A stretch of 45,515 nucleotides of DNA from Trichomonas gallinae (GCA_008369845.1 MRSU01010805.1:1-45515), one strand, 5' to 3'. Numbered from the stretch's first letter, positions 1 through 11,734 are shown. Numbers and translations are program-made. Notes: generated by a model not told the origin, from the letters alone.

Positions 1-349
1 TATATTTCATACATTAAATATGACTTCTGATGAAAAAAAATAATTAATTCAAATTATCTCCAAAACAAACGTACGGCGAGATTAGTTGCAGTTAGTGATC
101 ATATTCCCCTATGCCATATGTATCCAACAGGCATGGTTTTGAGTCGATCTGAAAAGGTGGAGGGAGTTCCCCCCCTTTTTATATATCAGCTAGAACATCA
201 TATTAATAAAAGATTTATATGAATTTGAAAATATTATTTTATTATGAATAAAGTATTAATTTCTTATAGTAAGAATGAAACTTATGGGTTGTTGAAAAAA
301 AAAGACAAAAGACAAATTTATCAAAAAAACTAAAACTATCTCTAACAAT

Positions 350-1786
350 TTATACAATTTCTTCTGGTGGACGATCTTGTTCGACTTCTGAGGATTCGGA
401 GACCTCTTCTTCCTCTTCGTCGATTTCCATCTTGTGATCTGGGATGATAACGAATAGAGAATAAATAGCAGTAAGAATCGCCCAAACAGAGGCGAATCCA
501 ATAAGAGACTGGTATCTCTTTAAATTCCAGCTGGACGGGAACTTCGTGTACAAGTTTCCTAATCCAAGGTTCATTACTAAGTTTGCGATGACATAGGCAA
601 GATCTATGCATGTAGAGATGATTGACATGTAGACGCCCATGAACTCGTCGGTAACAGTGTAAGAAACGATTGCGTAAGGAGTTGAGTTGAAATTAGTGAT
701 TGCGATGCCAATTGGGACAAATAATCCCAGCAAAGCCCACTTGTTTTTGATGAAGAAGACTGTTGATAACGAAACTGCTTCGATTACGTGGGCGATGCAA
801 TATGTTGCTTTGTAGCCAATTAAATTTGTGACATACGTGTGAACGCAGCCATATATGAACGAGCAAGCATTGGAACAAGCTATGCAAAGCATGCCGAAAC
901 AGAGGCCTTTCGCTTCATTTCCTGGCGGGAAGACTTCTGACATGAAGAAGGACGTTCCGAGCATTGTATATGTGTAGTTTGCGATCCAGGAGAGAACCAT
1001 TAAGACGCAGGCCCTGAAAATCGGCTTTGGCATATCTTTGAATGCTTTAAACATTTGAACGAATGGGTTTGTCTTCTTTTGGTGCTCCTTGATTTCGAGA
1101 CTCTTCTCTCTGCCAACAATAGACGTTACAATTACTGAGATAATCAGAATAACTAAGCAAAAATACATTGTCACGTTGTCTGCCTTCTCCGAATACTTCG
1201 GGTTCGGGATGAAGAAGCCAACACCACCGACTAAGTTCGGAAGCACAGAAGATAAACCAATTAATATTGATGCGACAGCGTTTGCAAGGTTCTGCTTGTC
1301 TTCAGGAACCAAATCACCAATGAGTGCTCTCGACGGAGCCATAATTGTGTTGATCGCAGCGTAGCTAATGAAGAGAATAAAGAGCATGCATGCAGTTTTT
1401 GCGTACAGATTCATTTTCTCGTGGATTTTCTTGAGCAATATTAACAACAAGAAGCTAACGATTGTTACTCCGCATCCACCCACAATAAATGGACGTCGGC
1501 GGCCGAATTTATATTTGCAATTATCTGACCAGATACCTACAATCGGCAGCAGTGTCACACCCGCGATCGGGCCGGACAGCCAGCAAAGGAACTGTGCCGT
1601 AGATGTCAGGTTCATCGACGCCATGATGGGTTCGCTGAGGGAAAACAAGACATTAAAGGCCATTTCGAAGCCCAGAGTGCTCGCGCATACGCACAGTATC
1701 CTGAAGAGGCCGTATCTTACTTCCTCTTCACCCGGTGGATGAGCTACTTCGTCGATTGGTGATTCGACTTCGCTCAAGTCACTCAT
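350..1786 (-). CDS. MFS sugar transporter, sucrose/H+ symporter (SUC/SUT, SLC45)-like
   Basis: 478-aa ORF with about 12 hydrophobic segments. It carries the family motif GIWSD..KFGRRRPFI and RALIGDL, with an acidic C-terminal tail. Confidence 0.88.
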   Translation of the reverse strand: MSDLSEVESPIDEVAHPPGEEEVRYGLFRILCVCASTLGFEMAFNVLFSLSEPIMASMNLTSTAQFLCWLSGPIAGVTLLPIVGIWSDNCKYKFGRRRPFIVGGCGVTIVSFLLLILLKKIHEKMNLYAKTACMLFILFISYAAINTIMAPSRALIGDLVPEDKQNLANAVASILIGLSSVLPNLVGGVGFFIPNPKYSEKADNVTMYFCLVILIISVIVTSIVGREKSLEIKEHQKKTNPFVQMFKAFKDMPKPIFRACVLMVLSWIANYTYTMLGTSFFMSEVFPPGNEAKGLCFGMLCIACSNACSFIYGCVHTYVTNLIGYKATYCIAHVIEAVSLSTVFFIKNKWALLGLFVPIGIAITNFNSTPYAIVSYTVTDEFMGVYMSIISTCIDLAYVIANLVMNLGLGNLYTKFPSSWNLKRYQSLIGFASVWAILTAIYSLFVIIPDHKMEIDEEEEEVSESSEVEQDRPPEEIV

Positions 1787-2888
1787 TTATATAAAGAGAA
1801 AAAAAAAAAAAAAAACGATGTTACATTATTGAATCCCAATCGTTAATTTTATATTTCGCATGCTATATTGGAAGTCTAGCAGTATTTTATGCCAAAATTT
1901 TCCGATACAAAAATTTTGTCATTGGAGGCTGTTACGGGCGCAACAGCATATTATTATTTATATAAACATATAAGAAATAATATTATTAATTAAATATTTT
2001 TGAATGGTTAAGAAAAATTAATCGATTATAATTGAATTTTTCTTAGAGATGAAAGGTTTTCTACGGGCGTATTAGTGCTTGAAAGTTTTATATTTTTGCA
2101 TATAAAGTTATTTAAAATAAAATATTTTTGAATATGTATAAAATTTTTCTTTTTGTAGCAGATATTTTTTCTTAAGCAAATTAGATATAATATGACAGAT
2201 AAGCATGGAATATGTAAATAAAACGATAAATTACTTAATTCTCAGAATCATCAATTTTTTGTTACTTGCTCTCACGCGTTTGGTCTCTGTCTGGAGACTC
2301 GATTCTATCTCAAACGATTGTTTGTCAAACTATAATTGATAAACGAGTATTGTTGCAAAATTTATTCGATTTTCGAGCTTTGAAAGATGGGCCAAGCAGG
2401 CTTAAATTATAGCTTTTGTCGAGAAGGTTAATAGAATAGCCGCAATATTTTAGAATTATACAGTAAAATGGACAAAAAATCGAGATCGCATTTTAATATC
2501 ATCTTACAATTCGTGTTCGAGCCGTTAGTTTATCTAGCCATCACTACTTCATCGGTCGATATTCAACAGTTACGCGTTCGCACGAAAAATTTTATTTTAT
2601 GAATATTTCATTTTTACACAAAAAGCCTCTTTGTTCATCTACTATTCATTTACTAGAAATCTCTAGTGAAAATATTGAAGCTTATAAGTATAAAACAGTT
2701 TAATAGCATTTGGCCATATATTAATCTTAAAATAGCACAAAAAGATCATTAAAATATAATAGTTAATCCAAAAATTATTGATTAACAATATGATTTTTTG
2801 ATAATTTGAATTTCAAAAATATTTTTGTAATAAATTGGACAGACGATATATATGATGTAAGATTTAATTCTATAATACAGTAATATGC

Positions 2889-4676
2889 TTATTGGAGCTG
2901 GAATTTGATGAGATCTGCATAATATCCTTGCTTAGCGAGCAACTCTTCGTGTTTTCCACTCTCGATGACCTTTCCATCTCTGAAGACTAGAATCCTGTCT
3001 GCATTGATGACAGTTGCGAGTCTGTGAGCAACGACGATTGCGGTCTTTCCTTTTCTTACTTTCTCGAGTGACTCCTGGACGAGCTTCTCAGACTCAGTGT
3101 CTAGAGCAGCTGTGGCTTCATCGAGCAAAAGAATTGGAGCATCCATGAGAATTGCTCTTGAAATGCAAATTCTCTGCTTCTGGCCGCCAGAAAGAGATGT
3201 AATATCAACTGTTGTCTTGTAGTTGTCTGGGAATTTCATGATGAAATCGTGAGCATTGCCAACAGTTGCAGCTTTGGCGATTTCTTCATCACTGGCGTCC
3301 ATCTTTGAGTATCTGATGTTGTCTTTGATGGACATTGAGAACAAAACTGGAGCTTGTGGAACAATTGAAATTTGCTTTCTAAGATTGTGCGGAGAAAGTG
3401 TTGCAACGTCAACATCATCAATTAAGATGTGGCCAGACTCGATTTCATAGAATCTCTGAAGCAACTGGAGAGTTGTAGACTTTCCGCAGCCAGATTCACC
3501 GACAAGGGCAACTGTCTCACCAGGATTGATGGTGAATGAGAGGTCCTTGACTGCGTAGTTCTGGTTTGTGACGTATTTGAAGCTGACATCACGGAATTCG
3601 ATTTTGCCTTTGATTGGCTCCTTGAAATCGCCGCCTTTGAGTTGGTCGACCTGAATTGGCTCCTCTAAAATGTCAAGAATCTTATCAGCTGAAACTGCAG
3701 CTTTGTTGAAATCATCAATAAGTTGCAAAGCCTGCGAAATACCGATTGTAGCGAAGATGAGGCACGGGACAAGGATCATGAGGTCACCGTTTGTAACTCC
3801 CCAGCCTGGTCTGCGTACAATAATCCAAGTTGTGAAGTAAATAACGCCAACAAGCATGAAATGGGAAATGGCTGTGATGAAACCATCCTTTGTGCCAATG
3901 AGAATTGATGTCTTGTTGTAAACTTGGTTGATCTGTTGAATTGAAACCTCATATTTATCAGCTTCCAGCATTTCATTGTCAAAGCTCTTAACAGTTCTAA
4001 AAGCCATGATAACTTGTTCAGCCTTTGTTGATGCATCGCTTACAGATTGGTTAAACGTGTGCCAAAGACGGCCAACAAAATATTCGCCAATGTAGTAAAC
4101 GGCGCAGCACAAAAGAATGGCGCCAACAGCAATGAGAGACACCTGCCAGCACTTTACGAATGATAAAATGAGGCCAGCGATAGCCTGGATAACGTTTTGG
4201 AAAATTGTAACTGATTTGAAGATGTATGTTTCATTCAAAACAGCGCAATCAGATGTGAAATTGTTGAGTAATGTGCCTGTTTGGTGCTGATCGAAGTAAG
4301 AAATGTCCAAAGCCATTAATTTCTTGTATAAGTTCTTTCTGATATCAGATTGGAACCATGGACCAGAAGATCCGCCAATAACATCCTTGAGCTCCATCAA
4401 AACTGAGAAGCAAATGCAGTAAATAGCTAATTTGATGCAAATCTTTCCAGCTTCTTTGGAATAATTGTCAGTAGATGTCATTACGTTTGCTAAATCGCCC
4501 ATGAAAAGGTTCAAAATGACTGGAAGACAGCCTGCAATGAACGTAAGTGTTAATGCAACGAAGAATATCCATCTTCTATCATAATATTTCATGATTTTAG
4601 CATACACGAACTTGCGCTTTGGCTTCTGCCTCTCTCCGTCAGCACTGTCCTTCGAGTACACCTTCTGCGAACTCAT
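2889..4676 (-). CDS. ABC transporter, ABCB (MDR/TAP-like) half transporter
   Basis: 595 aa. N-terminal transmembrane domain, then Walker A GESGCGKST, Q-loop IVPQAPVLF, signature LSGGQKQR, Walker B LLLDEATAALD and H-loop VAHRL. Confidence 0.95.
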   Translation of the reverse strand: MSSQKVYSKDSADGERQKPKRKFVYAKIMKYYDRRWIFFVALTLTFIAGCLPVILNLFMGDLANVMTSTDNYSKEAGKICIKLAIYCICFSVLMELKDVIGGSSGPWFQSDIRKNLYKKLMALDISYFDQHQTGTLLNNFTSDCAVLNETYIFKSVTIFQNVIQAIAGLILSFVKCWQVSLIAVGAILLCCAVYYIGEYFVGRLWHTFNQSVSDASTKAEQVIMAFRTVKSFDNEMLEADKYEVSIQQINQVYNKTSILIGTKDGFITAISHFMLVGVIYFTTWIIVRRPGWGVTNGDLMILVPCLIFATIGISQALQLIDDFNKAAVSADKILDILEEPIQVDQLKGGDFKEPIKGKIEFRDVSFKYVTNQNYAVKDLSFTINPGETVALVGESGCGKSTTLQLLQRFYEIESGHILIDDVDVATLSPHNLRKQISIVPQAPVLFSMSIKDNIRYSKMDASDEEIAKAATVGNAHDFIMKFPDNYKTTVDITSLSGGQKQRICISRAILMDAPILLLDEATAALDTESEKLVQESLEKVRKGKTAIVVAHRLATVINADRILVFRDGKVIESGKHEELLAKQGYYADLIKFQLQ

Positions 4677-5296
4677 GGATAATTATAAACTTTAACCTCG
4701 ATGTTGTGAAAATATTGAGAAGAGTCCGACCTCAAAAATTCTCAAAATATAACCTCTTTTTGTAATTTTATTGAAGCATATGGCATAGGAATGAATATAT
4801 GTGGTTTTGTAAGAATTTGAAAGAGTGAAAAATTGAGAATTCAGAATGGGCTTCAATTTTCAATGATTTTGTTTTGATAATCTGTGTTTTTGGTTATAAT
4901 AAGATATTTGATAGCGATAACAGATTAGTTTTACGTGGCAAAATACAGTTTACATGTCAGGATCTATCTTAATTTCCTTTATATTAAATAAAAACATGGA
5001 TTCCCTGTGACTGCTTGATAAATTATGCTGAGAATGGAAATAATTAACAAATCTTAAGATTTCGAATGATTGGAGAAATTTTCTGTTTGTAATGCAAATT
5101 TACATGTCAATAATAACTATTTATTGTTATTAGAAAAAGTCTTTCCAGAGGAATTCCTTTATATAGAGTAAATAAGATTTAGTTTCTTTCATATTATATT
5201 AGAGTGTATAGTACACTATCTTATTTACCTACCAAAGATGTTCATTTCTAATCACCTATGTTAGTAGACTTCGATAATTAACCTGGTGGATTTTTG

Positions 5297-6604
5297 ATGA
5301 AAGCTGCTATTAATACTTCAACAACTGATAAAACAAGTGAAAGTCAGGAAATTGAAGAAGAGGATGAAGATGAGTACTTAGCAGCTTTATGTTCCTACAA
5401 ACAAATCGTTATTTCTCCTGATTATTTGCAAATTTGCTTGGAAAATTTAGCAACTGATCAACAAGAGACTCTAAATCAAGCTATATCATACATAAGTCAG
5501 TACAGTACATCATGTGCGAAGGATTTATACTCAAAATTGTCACAAGAGCAATTAAACTATTTAATTTCATTAGTCAACAACGAAATTTACCAAGTGCACA
5601 TTCTTCAATTTATTCGATCTCTTCTTAAATTCACGACTTTCAGTTTATCGGATGAAGATTTAATGACAATATCGCGACTTTTATTAAAATATCCATTAAT
5701 TGTTTTAGATATATATAATTTGTATTGTTCTTTGCGTGAAAATCAGATAAAGTTTCTTAGATTGAAGGCATTTGATCCCTTGTTCAATCTAAACTTTGAT
5801 ACACAAAAAATGTGGCATAAGTTCTTAAAACTGTGTTTAGCGTTATACACAAGTCCATTTGAAAACTATGTCCCATTATTAGAATCTAAATTCGATTTTC
5901 TTGATCAAATCTTTTCAATTAATGAAATCGATCCAAAGTCTGTTGCGATTGCATTAAAAATATACGGATATTCTATTTATTGGTCTCAGAAACCAATGGA
6001 ACACGTTGAAACATTAATCGAAATTTGTTTCAAATTATTTCAGCATGATTCGGATAAAATCAGTTTCAGATGTCTTGTTTTCCTCGAAAATATTGCAAAA
6101 TATTGTCCAAAATACTTAATAAATTACTTTCCGTCTATTTTAGAATTATATTCGATTTATCATGAAAACATCAGATTCATTAATGCTATTTTCAGGGTTT
6201 TATCGAATTCTCTTATATCAGATGACGTTATTTTGCCTATAATTCAAACATTTTATTCTGATGAAACAATTAAAACGATTTTCAATGTTCAATATGATGC
6301 AAAGATTTCATTGATAAAGTTTACATCACTGTTAATTAAGCGAACACCAGAATCACACCTGAATTTTGTTTTGAACGATTTTATCTTTGATGAAATATTG
6401 AGTGTTATTATTTCAGACCCACAAAGCGAGTTTTGCAATGAATTCATACAAAGCATTGCATATATAGTTAATTCATACGAAACAAGCTCAACAATTCTTG
6501 AGATTTTGAAAATGCTTGACGACTCTGATTTTCTACAACTACTGTCGGAATGCGACATTGAGCACGCTGTCTTAATCATTGACGCTGTTTCAAATTTAAC
6601 TTAA
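5297..6604 (+). CDS. hypothetical ARM/HEAT-like alpha-helical protein
   Basis: 435-aa ORF from the ATG at 5297. Acidic N-terminus followed by Leu/Ile/Phe-rich amphipathic helices. The fold is inferred. An in-frame upstream ATG at 5258 is separated from it by one TAA (see findings). Confidence 0.65.
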   Translation: MKAAINTSTTDKTSESQEIEEEDEDEYLAALCSYKQIVISPDYLQICLENLATDQQETLNQAISYISQYSTSCAKDLYSKLSQEQLNYLISLVNNEIYQVHILQFIRSLLKFTTFSLSDEDLMTISRLLLKYPLIVLDIYNLYCSLRENQIKFLRLKAFDPLFNLNFDTQKMWHKFLKLCLALYTSPFENYVPLLESKFDFLDQIFSINEIDPKSVAIALKIYGYSIYWSQKPMEHVETLIEICFKLFQHDSDKISFRCLVFLENIAKYCPKYLINYFPSILELYSIYHENIRFINAIFRVLSNSLISDDVILPIIQTFYSDETIKTIFNVQYDAKISLIKFTSLLIKRTPESHLNFVLNDFIFDEILSVIISDPQSEFCNEFIQSIAYIVNSYETSSTILEILKMLDDSDFLQLLSECDIEHAVLIIDAVSNLT

Positions 6605-7096
6605 TTACATCATACAACTAAGAAGTAATTTGTTCATTGATTAATTGCATTTAAAGATTGATATCAATGAACATTATTCACGCTTCATAACGTTCCTTCA
6701 TATAAACAGTTAACTAGGAATACTACAATTAATACTTATATCTTGTAAGCGATATTAACTTTGTTATGATACTATTTCTCGATGAGAAGATTCATTAATT
6801 TCTTCAAACGAAAAAAAAAAAAAACAATATACACGCTCGCACATATTCCAATAATTATTATTGTAGCAGTATCTATAACATTATTGATGTCAAAGTGGGT
6901 TGAGCTTGGAATTAAATATAAAACAAAATACAAATATGGCCAAACTCCATTCTTTGCAGCTGCGAATAAAAATATTTTGACAAAATATAAATTTACATGG
7001 CAAAAATATTAAAATTTATTCCCCAACTTTTATATTTTGTATTTCTTCTTTTTTGTATGTGTTTGTTGCATATCTCTGCTAAAATTGTTATTTCCA

Positions 7097-8311
7097 ATGA
7101 GTGAGTTTTTTGACGTGACGAGCACATCAGTCAGCGATGAGACAGACCCGATGAGGATGGAGATCGAGCGTCTCAAAGCTAAAAGCGCACAAGATAATGC
7201 AAAAATAAAGACTCTAAAGAAGCAAGTTTCTGATTTAACATTAAAAATTCAGCTATTGGAAGAAGAAAACAAGCTTTTACAAGCGACACGAGTTGTTGCA
7301 CCGCAAAAGAAGCAAGAAAACGTCAAAACTATCCCTCAATCAAAAGTTACCGAAGTTTTACTTGGATTCGATCAGCTGATTGAGCAAAATTCGAAGGAAA
7401 TAAGCACATTATTAAACGACAGAGACAAACTATCTAGCATTTGCTTTAACTCTCTTGCTTTAATTTCATCGCAGGAGCTTGTTATACAAAAATTTAAATC
7501 TTCAATTCAAAAACTGTTTAGATTCTTAGCAAATAGCAATGAATCCGTTGAAACCATCATCAGGGATTTCAAAATATTCGGTATTGACGTTTCAAATGAG
7601 TTAAATTCTCTTAAAAGACAAATTCAAGTTACAAACTTTGTTTCGAATATTACAGTCGATCCGAAGCAAAAGGTTGACGCAAAAGATATTCAACAGATAT
7701 TGAAATTCCTCCCGCAGATGCCAATGAACGAATCTTCAATGAAAACAGTAGCCCAATATCTTATGCAGCGTGTAGATGATGAAATCGCTTACAATAAAAC
7801 GATTGAAGAACTTACAACACAAAAACAATCAATAGAAAAAGATTATCAAAAATTATTGTCAAAATTATGCGAAAAATCAAAGAAAGCCAACTTAAAGCAT
7901 GCATTAGAACAAATAGAAGCATATACAAAAACAGAAAAACAACTAAACTCAAATGAAACTTTAATTTCAAATTTAGTCGACACATTCGCGCAATTTGGCG
8001 ACAAATTTGGCAAAGATCCAGACATTCAGAACTGTGTCAGCCGAATCAGGTTCTGGAATCAAGGCTCAATACCGCAAATCGACATAATTCAAGAAATCGA
8101 CTTTCTTCTAGGAATGTGCATAACTGAGAGGAATGTGAAGAAGGTTATGACTGATAACTATAACAATGACTCTAGTTCAGAGCCAAAACTCAAAAAATGC
8201 AGACTAGAAAAAAAGATAATTCGTCAAGTTAAAGAAATCAAAGAAAACGTTATAGATATGAAGGATAAGTTAGAGGATGCCAATAGGAAGCATTACAAAC
8301 ACCAATACTAA
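7097..8311 (+). CDS. hypothetical coiled-coil protein
   Basis: First ATG is at 7097 (MSEFFDVT...); the ORF track start at 7037 is a TTG. K/E/Q/L heptad-rich segments, no recognisable motif. Confidence 0.75.
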   Translation: MSEFFDVTSTSVSDETDPMRMEIERLKAKSAQDNAKIKTLKKQVSDLTLKIQLLEEENKLLQATRVVAPQKKQENVKTIPQSKVTEVLLGFDQLIEQNSKEISTLLNDRDKLSSICFNSLALISSQELVIQKFKSSIQKLFRFLANSNESVETIIRDFKIFGIDVSNELNSLKRQIQVTNFVSNITVDPKQKVDAKDIQQILKFLPQMPMNESSMKTVAQYLMQRVDDEIAYNKTIEELTTQKQSIEKDYQKLLSKLCEKSKKANLKHALEQIEAYTKTEKQLNSNETLISNLVDTFAQFGDKFGKDPDIQNCVSRIRFWNQGSIPQIDIIQEIDFLLGMCITERNVKKVMTDNYNNDSSSEPKLKKCRLEKKIIRQVKEIKENVIDMKDKLEDANRKHYKHQY

Positions 8312-8424
8312 GCGAAATTTTGTTTTTTAAAAAATTAAATCTTAAGAATTATTTTTTTTCATGCATTATAATTATAAAATATATTATATTCAATGATATT
8401 ATAAACTTCAGGATAAATTCTTTA

Positions 8425-11106
8425 CTAAATATTAATAGCCATCAGCATCCTAGAGTAAGCGAGTGCCATCGACTGTGTCTCGCATCTTAATCTCATGTAT
8501 CCGACAGTCTGTCCTTCTTCATTGATTTCGAGGGAAACATTCAGCAGGACGAACTCGTTGAATATAGAAGATGAGCAGAGGTTGACTGTTGTGAATGTGC
8601 AGTCTTCGTCGAATTCGTTCATGAGGGCGAACTTTCCGACCTCTGCGAGCTGTCTGATATAATCTGGAATCTTCGTTGAGCTCTTGATTGCCATCTTCTT
8701 CTCCCACTCGAACGCGTACCACTTAGTTCTGTAGTCTGGCTGGTCGAGCTTCATCGGGTTCATATATGTCTGCGGTGTGACTGTTATCGGTGAGATTGGC
8801 ATCAATTGTCTGTCAGTTGATCCTTCTATGTCGTAGAGAATGTTGCCGAAGACTCTTCCTGCTTCGGCACTTGTCGCTTTGATTGTCGTGTGGATTATGT
8901 CAGAGGCAAATGCAGGCAGCTCAATTACTGCTGGCTTGTCGACAATCTCAAGCTTGCCGGAGCAGTAGAACTCCACGTGGACATTGTGGAAGTTGTACTG
9001 CGTCTGGTTGAGGAGTCTAATATCCATGCCGATGTCGAACTTGCCAGGCTTCATCGTGCACTCGCAGAAGACTGGGTCGCACGTTCCTGTCAAAACTGTC
9101 ATCTTCTTTTCTTGGGCTTCTTCATCACTAGCTGCCTGCTTCTTGACAGCAATGCCCTGATCGAACCTGCGGCCGAGCAGTGAAGCGAATGAGAGGCGCT
9201 GGTCTGGAGCTGTGAAGTGCTGAGTGTTGTGGGCTGGCTGCTTCTCTTCGTTCGCCTTGCGCGAAGACTCGATGAACTCCTTGAAAGCTTCGTCAGCGTC
9301 GTCAACGAAAGCCTTTGTGTAATCGCTCTCCTTGCAGTGCACGATAGCTGCGTGTGCGAGTAAGAGTCTCTTGTGGTGGGCAGATGCCTGTGGCCTCATC
9401 AAGATAGACTCGACGAATCCCAAGCACTTCTCATTATTCGCAGTGTCTGGGAACCTGATGCAGATCCTCGCCATTGCGTTCGCCATTGTCGCAGCGACGA
9501 AGATGTTAGCGCCTCTTTCGAACCACGACTTCCTCATGTCCTGCATGTCTTTGTCCTGTTTGCTCAACTCCTCTTGGTTCGAGTTGTCGACGGTTATATA
9601 AGTGCCGTCCTTGCCGATGATTGTCGTCGTTGTGTTCTTTGCTGTTTCTGGAGTCACGCAGTCCTCCTCGCGGTGGAAGAATGCGTCGATGATTGCGTCG
9701 ATCGAATCAGGACGCTTCGTGTACAAAGAAATGAGATAAGTTGCTGACCGGACGTTTCTCACGTTTGGAATCAGCGACAAAATGTTCTCCAAATGCAAGC
9801 AGATCTTATCCTGCTGCGACGGGTCGACCATCGCGTACTCCCTGATGATCATGATTGCCTCGAACGAAATTTCGCGGCTGGTGTCGAGTAGCAGCTGGCG
9901 GCATGTATCGTAGATCTGCGACAAAACAGCAGGGTAAGTGGCGGAAATAGATCTGAAAGTCGAAAGAATGTCCTTGATGAATTCGCTCGCTGCGGCTGAT
10001 TCATTCTCGTTCTGGCGGAGAGTCTGCTGCGTTGTGATGTGGCTCAACAATTGCTGAGTGATGACGTTGATGTTAGACGGGCCGGCGAGTTTCTTGATCA
10101 TCTTTAAGACTGTTTTGCGGATTGGTTTCGCTTTCATCGCAACAATGAGCTCGCCAACCATTTGCTGGGCCACTGTCGGGTGGGATGGGATGAGGCGCTC
10201 GATCTGCTCGGCGAGGCTGAGCTGAAGGGCAGCATTTGGAATTGTCTGCATAATTTGGCAGAGTGTGGAGAAAGAGGCTTGAGAAGCTGTCGCTGATGTA
10301 GATAAGGTAAGAAGGGTGATTGACGCTTCGATTTTAACAGCTGGTGACGGAGAATCGAGTAATTCGATCAAAGCAGGAAGATAAGAGCCTTTGCGTGCTT
10401 GGGTGCACAAGCTCTTGATGAGTGTGACGGCTGTGAGCTGCATGGGCTGTGAAAGCTTCAAAACTGAGTCATCTAAAATTTCATCCAAAAATGTTGCAGC
10501 GAGATCGCGAGAAATGTCGCAGAGGACGAGGAAGGCAACACGCTTGCATGCTGGGTCCTGCTCTTCTTTAAGGAGGTCTGCGATTTCTTCTGGTGCATCT
10601 GGTGCTATTTCTGGCCATCTCTGGTGAATGCGGCCAATTGCGACGACGGCATGACGCCTTACGTATGCATTTTTGTGTTCGAATGATTTAGAAACGAAAG
10701 GAACAACATTTTTAATTAATTCTGGCTCGTTGAATCTTGATAAAAACCTCAGAGCTGTTGCGCGGATGTATTCGTTTGGATGGGTTAAGTCTTTGATGAT
10801 TCCGTCGCAGATGAGGTGGAATTCTGGCTTTAATTGGCCTTTTCTGTCTCTTGTATCGCAAATTTCGTAAAACAAATAAAGTAATTTCTTAACTTCGTGG
10901 CTCCTTGATGCGGAGAGGTTTGTGATGACGCCCATGAGTGCGGATTCTGGTGGTTGCTCACCAGAAACTTGATACTGAATTAATTTGCGGATAGAACTGA
11001 CTTGTGCTTCTGGCTTTGCAGTGATTGACAAACCACCTTCTATTTCGTCCCACTTCGGATTCTTCTTCTCCTCAGGCGGACATAAAAAAGGCGAAACTTC
11101 TTCCAT
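8425..11106 (-). CDS. COPB1: coatomer subunit beta (beta-COP)
   Basis: 893 aa. Adaptin-N repeats (HEVKKLLYLFYE, DLTHPNEYIRATALRFL, HKNAYVRRHAV), the beta-COP-typical KDGTYIT and LTGTCDPVFCE, a C-terminal appendage FEWEKK and GYMRLRCETQSMAL. Confidence 0.93.
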   Translation of the reverse strand: MEEVSPFLCPPEEKKNPKWDEIEGGLSITAKPEAQVSSIRKLIQYQVSGEQPPESALMGVITNLSASRSHEVKKLLYLFYEICDTRDRKGQLKPEFHLICDGIIKDLTHPNEYIRATALRFLSRFNEPELIKNVVPFVSKSFEHKNAYVRRHAVVAIGRIHQRWPEIAPDAPEEIADLLKEEQDPACKRVAFLVLCDISRDLAATFLDEILDDSVLKLSQPMQLTAVTLIKSLCTQARKGSYLPALIELLDSPSPAVKIEASITLLTLSTSATASQASFSTLCQIMQTIPNAALQLSLAEQIERLIPSHPTVAQQMVGELIVAMKAKPIRKTVLKMIKKLAGPSNINVITQQLLSHITTQQTLRQNENESAAASEFIKDILSTFRSISATYPAVLSQIYDTCRQLLLDTSREISFEAIMIIREYAMVDPSQQDKICLHLENILSLIPNVRNVRSATYLISLYTKRPDSIDAIIDAFFHREEDCVTPETAKNTTTTIIGKDGTYITVDNSNQEELSKQDKDMQDMRKSWFERGANIFVAATMANAMARICIRFPDTANNEKCLGFVESILMRPQASAHHKRLLLAHAAIVHCKESDYTKAFVDDADEAFKEFIESSRKANEEKQPAHNTQHFTAPDQRLSFASLLGRRFDQGIAVKKQAASDEEAQEKKMTVLTGTCDPVFCECTMKPGKFDIGMDIRLLNQTQYNFHNVHVEFYCSGKLEIVDKPAVIELPAFASDIIHTTIKATSAEAGRVFGNILYDIEGSTDRQLMPISPITVTPQTYMNPMKLDQPDYRTKWYAFEWEKKMAIKSSTKIPDYIRQLAEVGKFALMNEFDEDCTFTTVNLCSSSIFNEFVLLNVSLEINEEGQTVGYMRLRCETQSMALAYSRMLMAINI

Positions 11107-11115
11107 TATTTTTGT

Positions 11116-11124
11116 AAAAGTGAC
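11116..11124 (-). promoter_or_regulatory. initiator (Inr)-like element upstream of beta-COP
   Basis: The minus strand reads GTCACTTTT about 10 nt before the ATG at 11106. This matches the trichomonad Inr consensus (TCA+1 followed by pyrimidines) and its usual spacing. Confidence 0.6.
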
Positions 11125-11734
11125 AAAAAATCGGAATGAAAAATTTTAATTCGCTTTTTTATTACAGATATAGCATATTTTATATGAATTTAATCTAAAT
11201 AACTGGTTTTTAAGCCAAAATAATTAATTTTTGTTAATATCAAAGATATTTCACGATTATCAATGTAATATAACCACTCAAAATCTATTATTCGACACGA
11301 ATACATCAAAATGATTTAGTTCTGAAATATAAAGTAAAACAAATGTTTTAGTCTATATTTTCTAATATAATAATAAAGAAACTCTTTTTATCTATTCTAT
11401 TTATGATGTTATGGTAATATTTTATGTGTAGAATTAATATTACTAGTTTGATTATATTGATTCCTATATTTTATCAATTAAATATGAATATCAAAAATTT
11501 GCATGAATATTTTGATAATATACTTTATTTTCTGCAAACAAATATCATATGCAAAATAGTTTTTGCCTTATCACTTTAAATTAAGATAAAACAAATCAAT
11601 CAAGAAATATTAAAAATTGGAAGTTTGTTTATTAATATTGTATGTGATATAGATGAAACAGATGGAATATATGCATATATACATGATTTAAAAACAAACA
11701 AATAAATATAAACAATTCATGGTAATAAAGTAGA

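Noticed and set aside
2230..2600. Moderately GC-rich intergenic patch, possible pseudogene
   Set aside because: The frames examined contain frequent stops and no family motif was recognised.
3230..3250. TTCATCAT core of the 17-nt element on the ABC gene's sense strand
   Set aside because: It encodes the conserved HDFIM of the NBD in a continuous frame and lacks the TTTAT end.
6782..7012. 76-aa ORF
   Set aside because: Low-complexity, AT-rich sequence spanning an A homopolymer in the promoter region of the next gene, with no motif.
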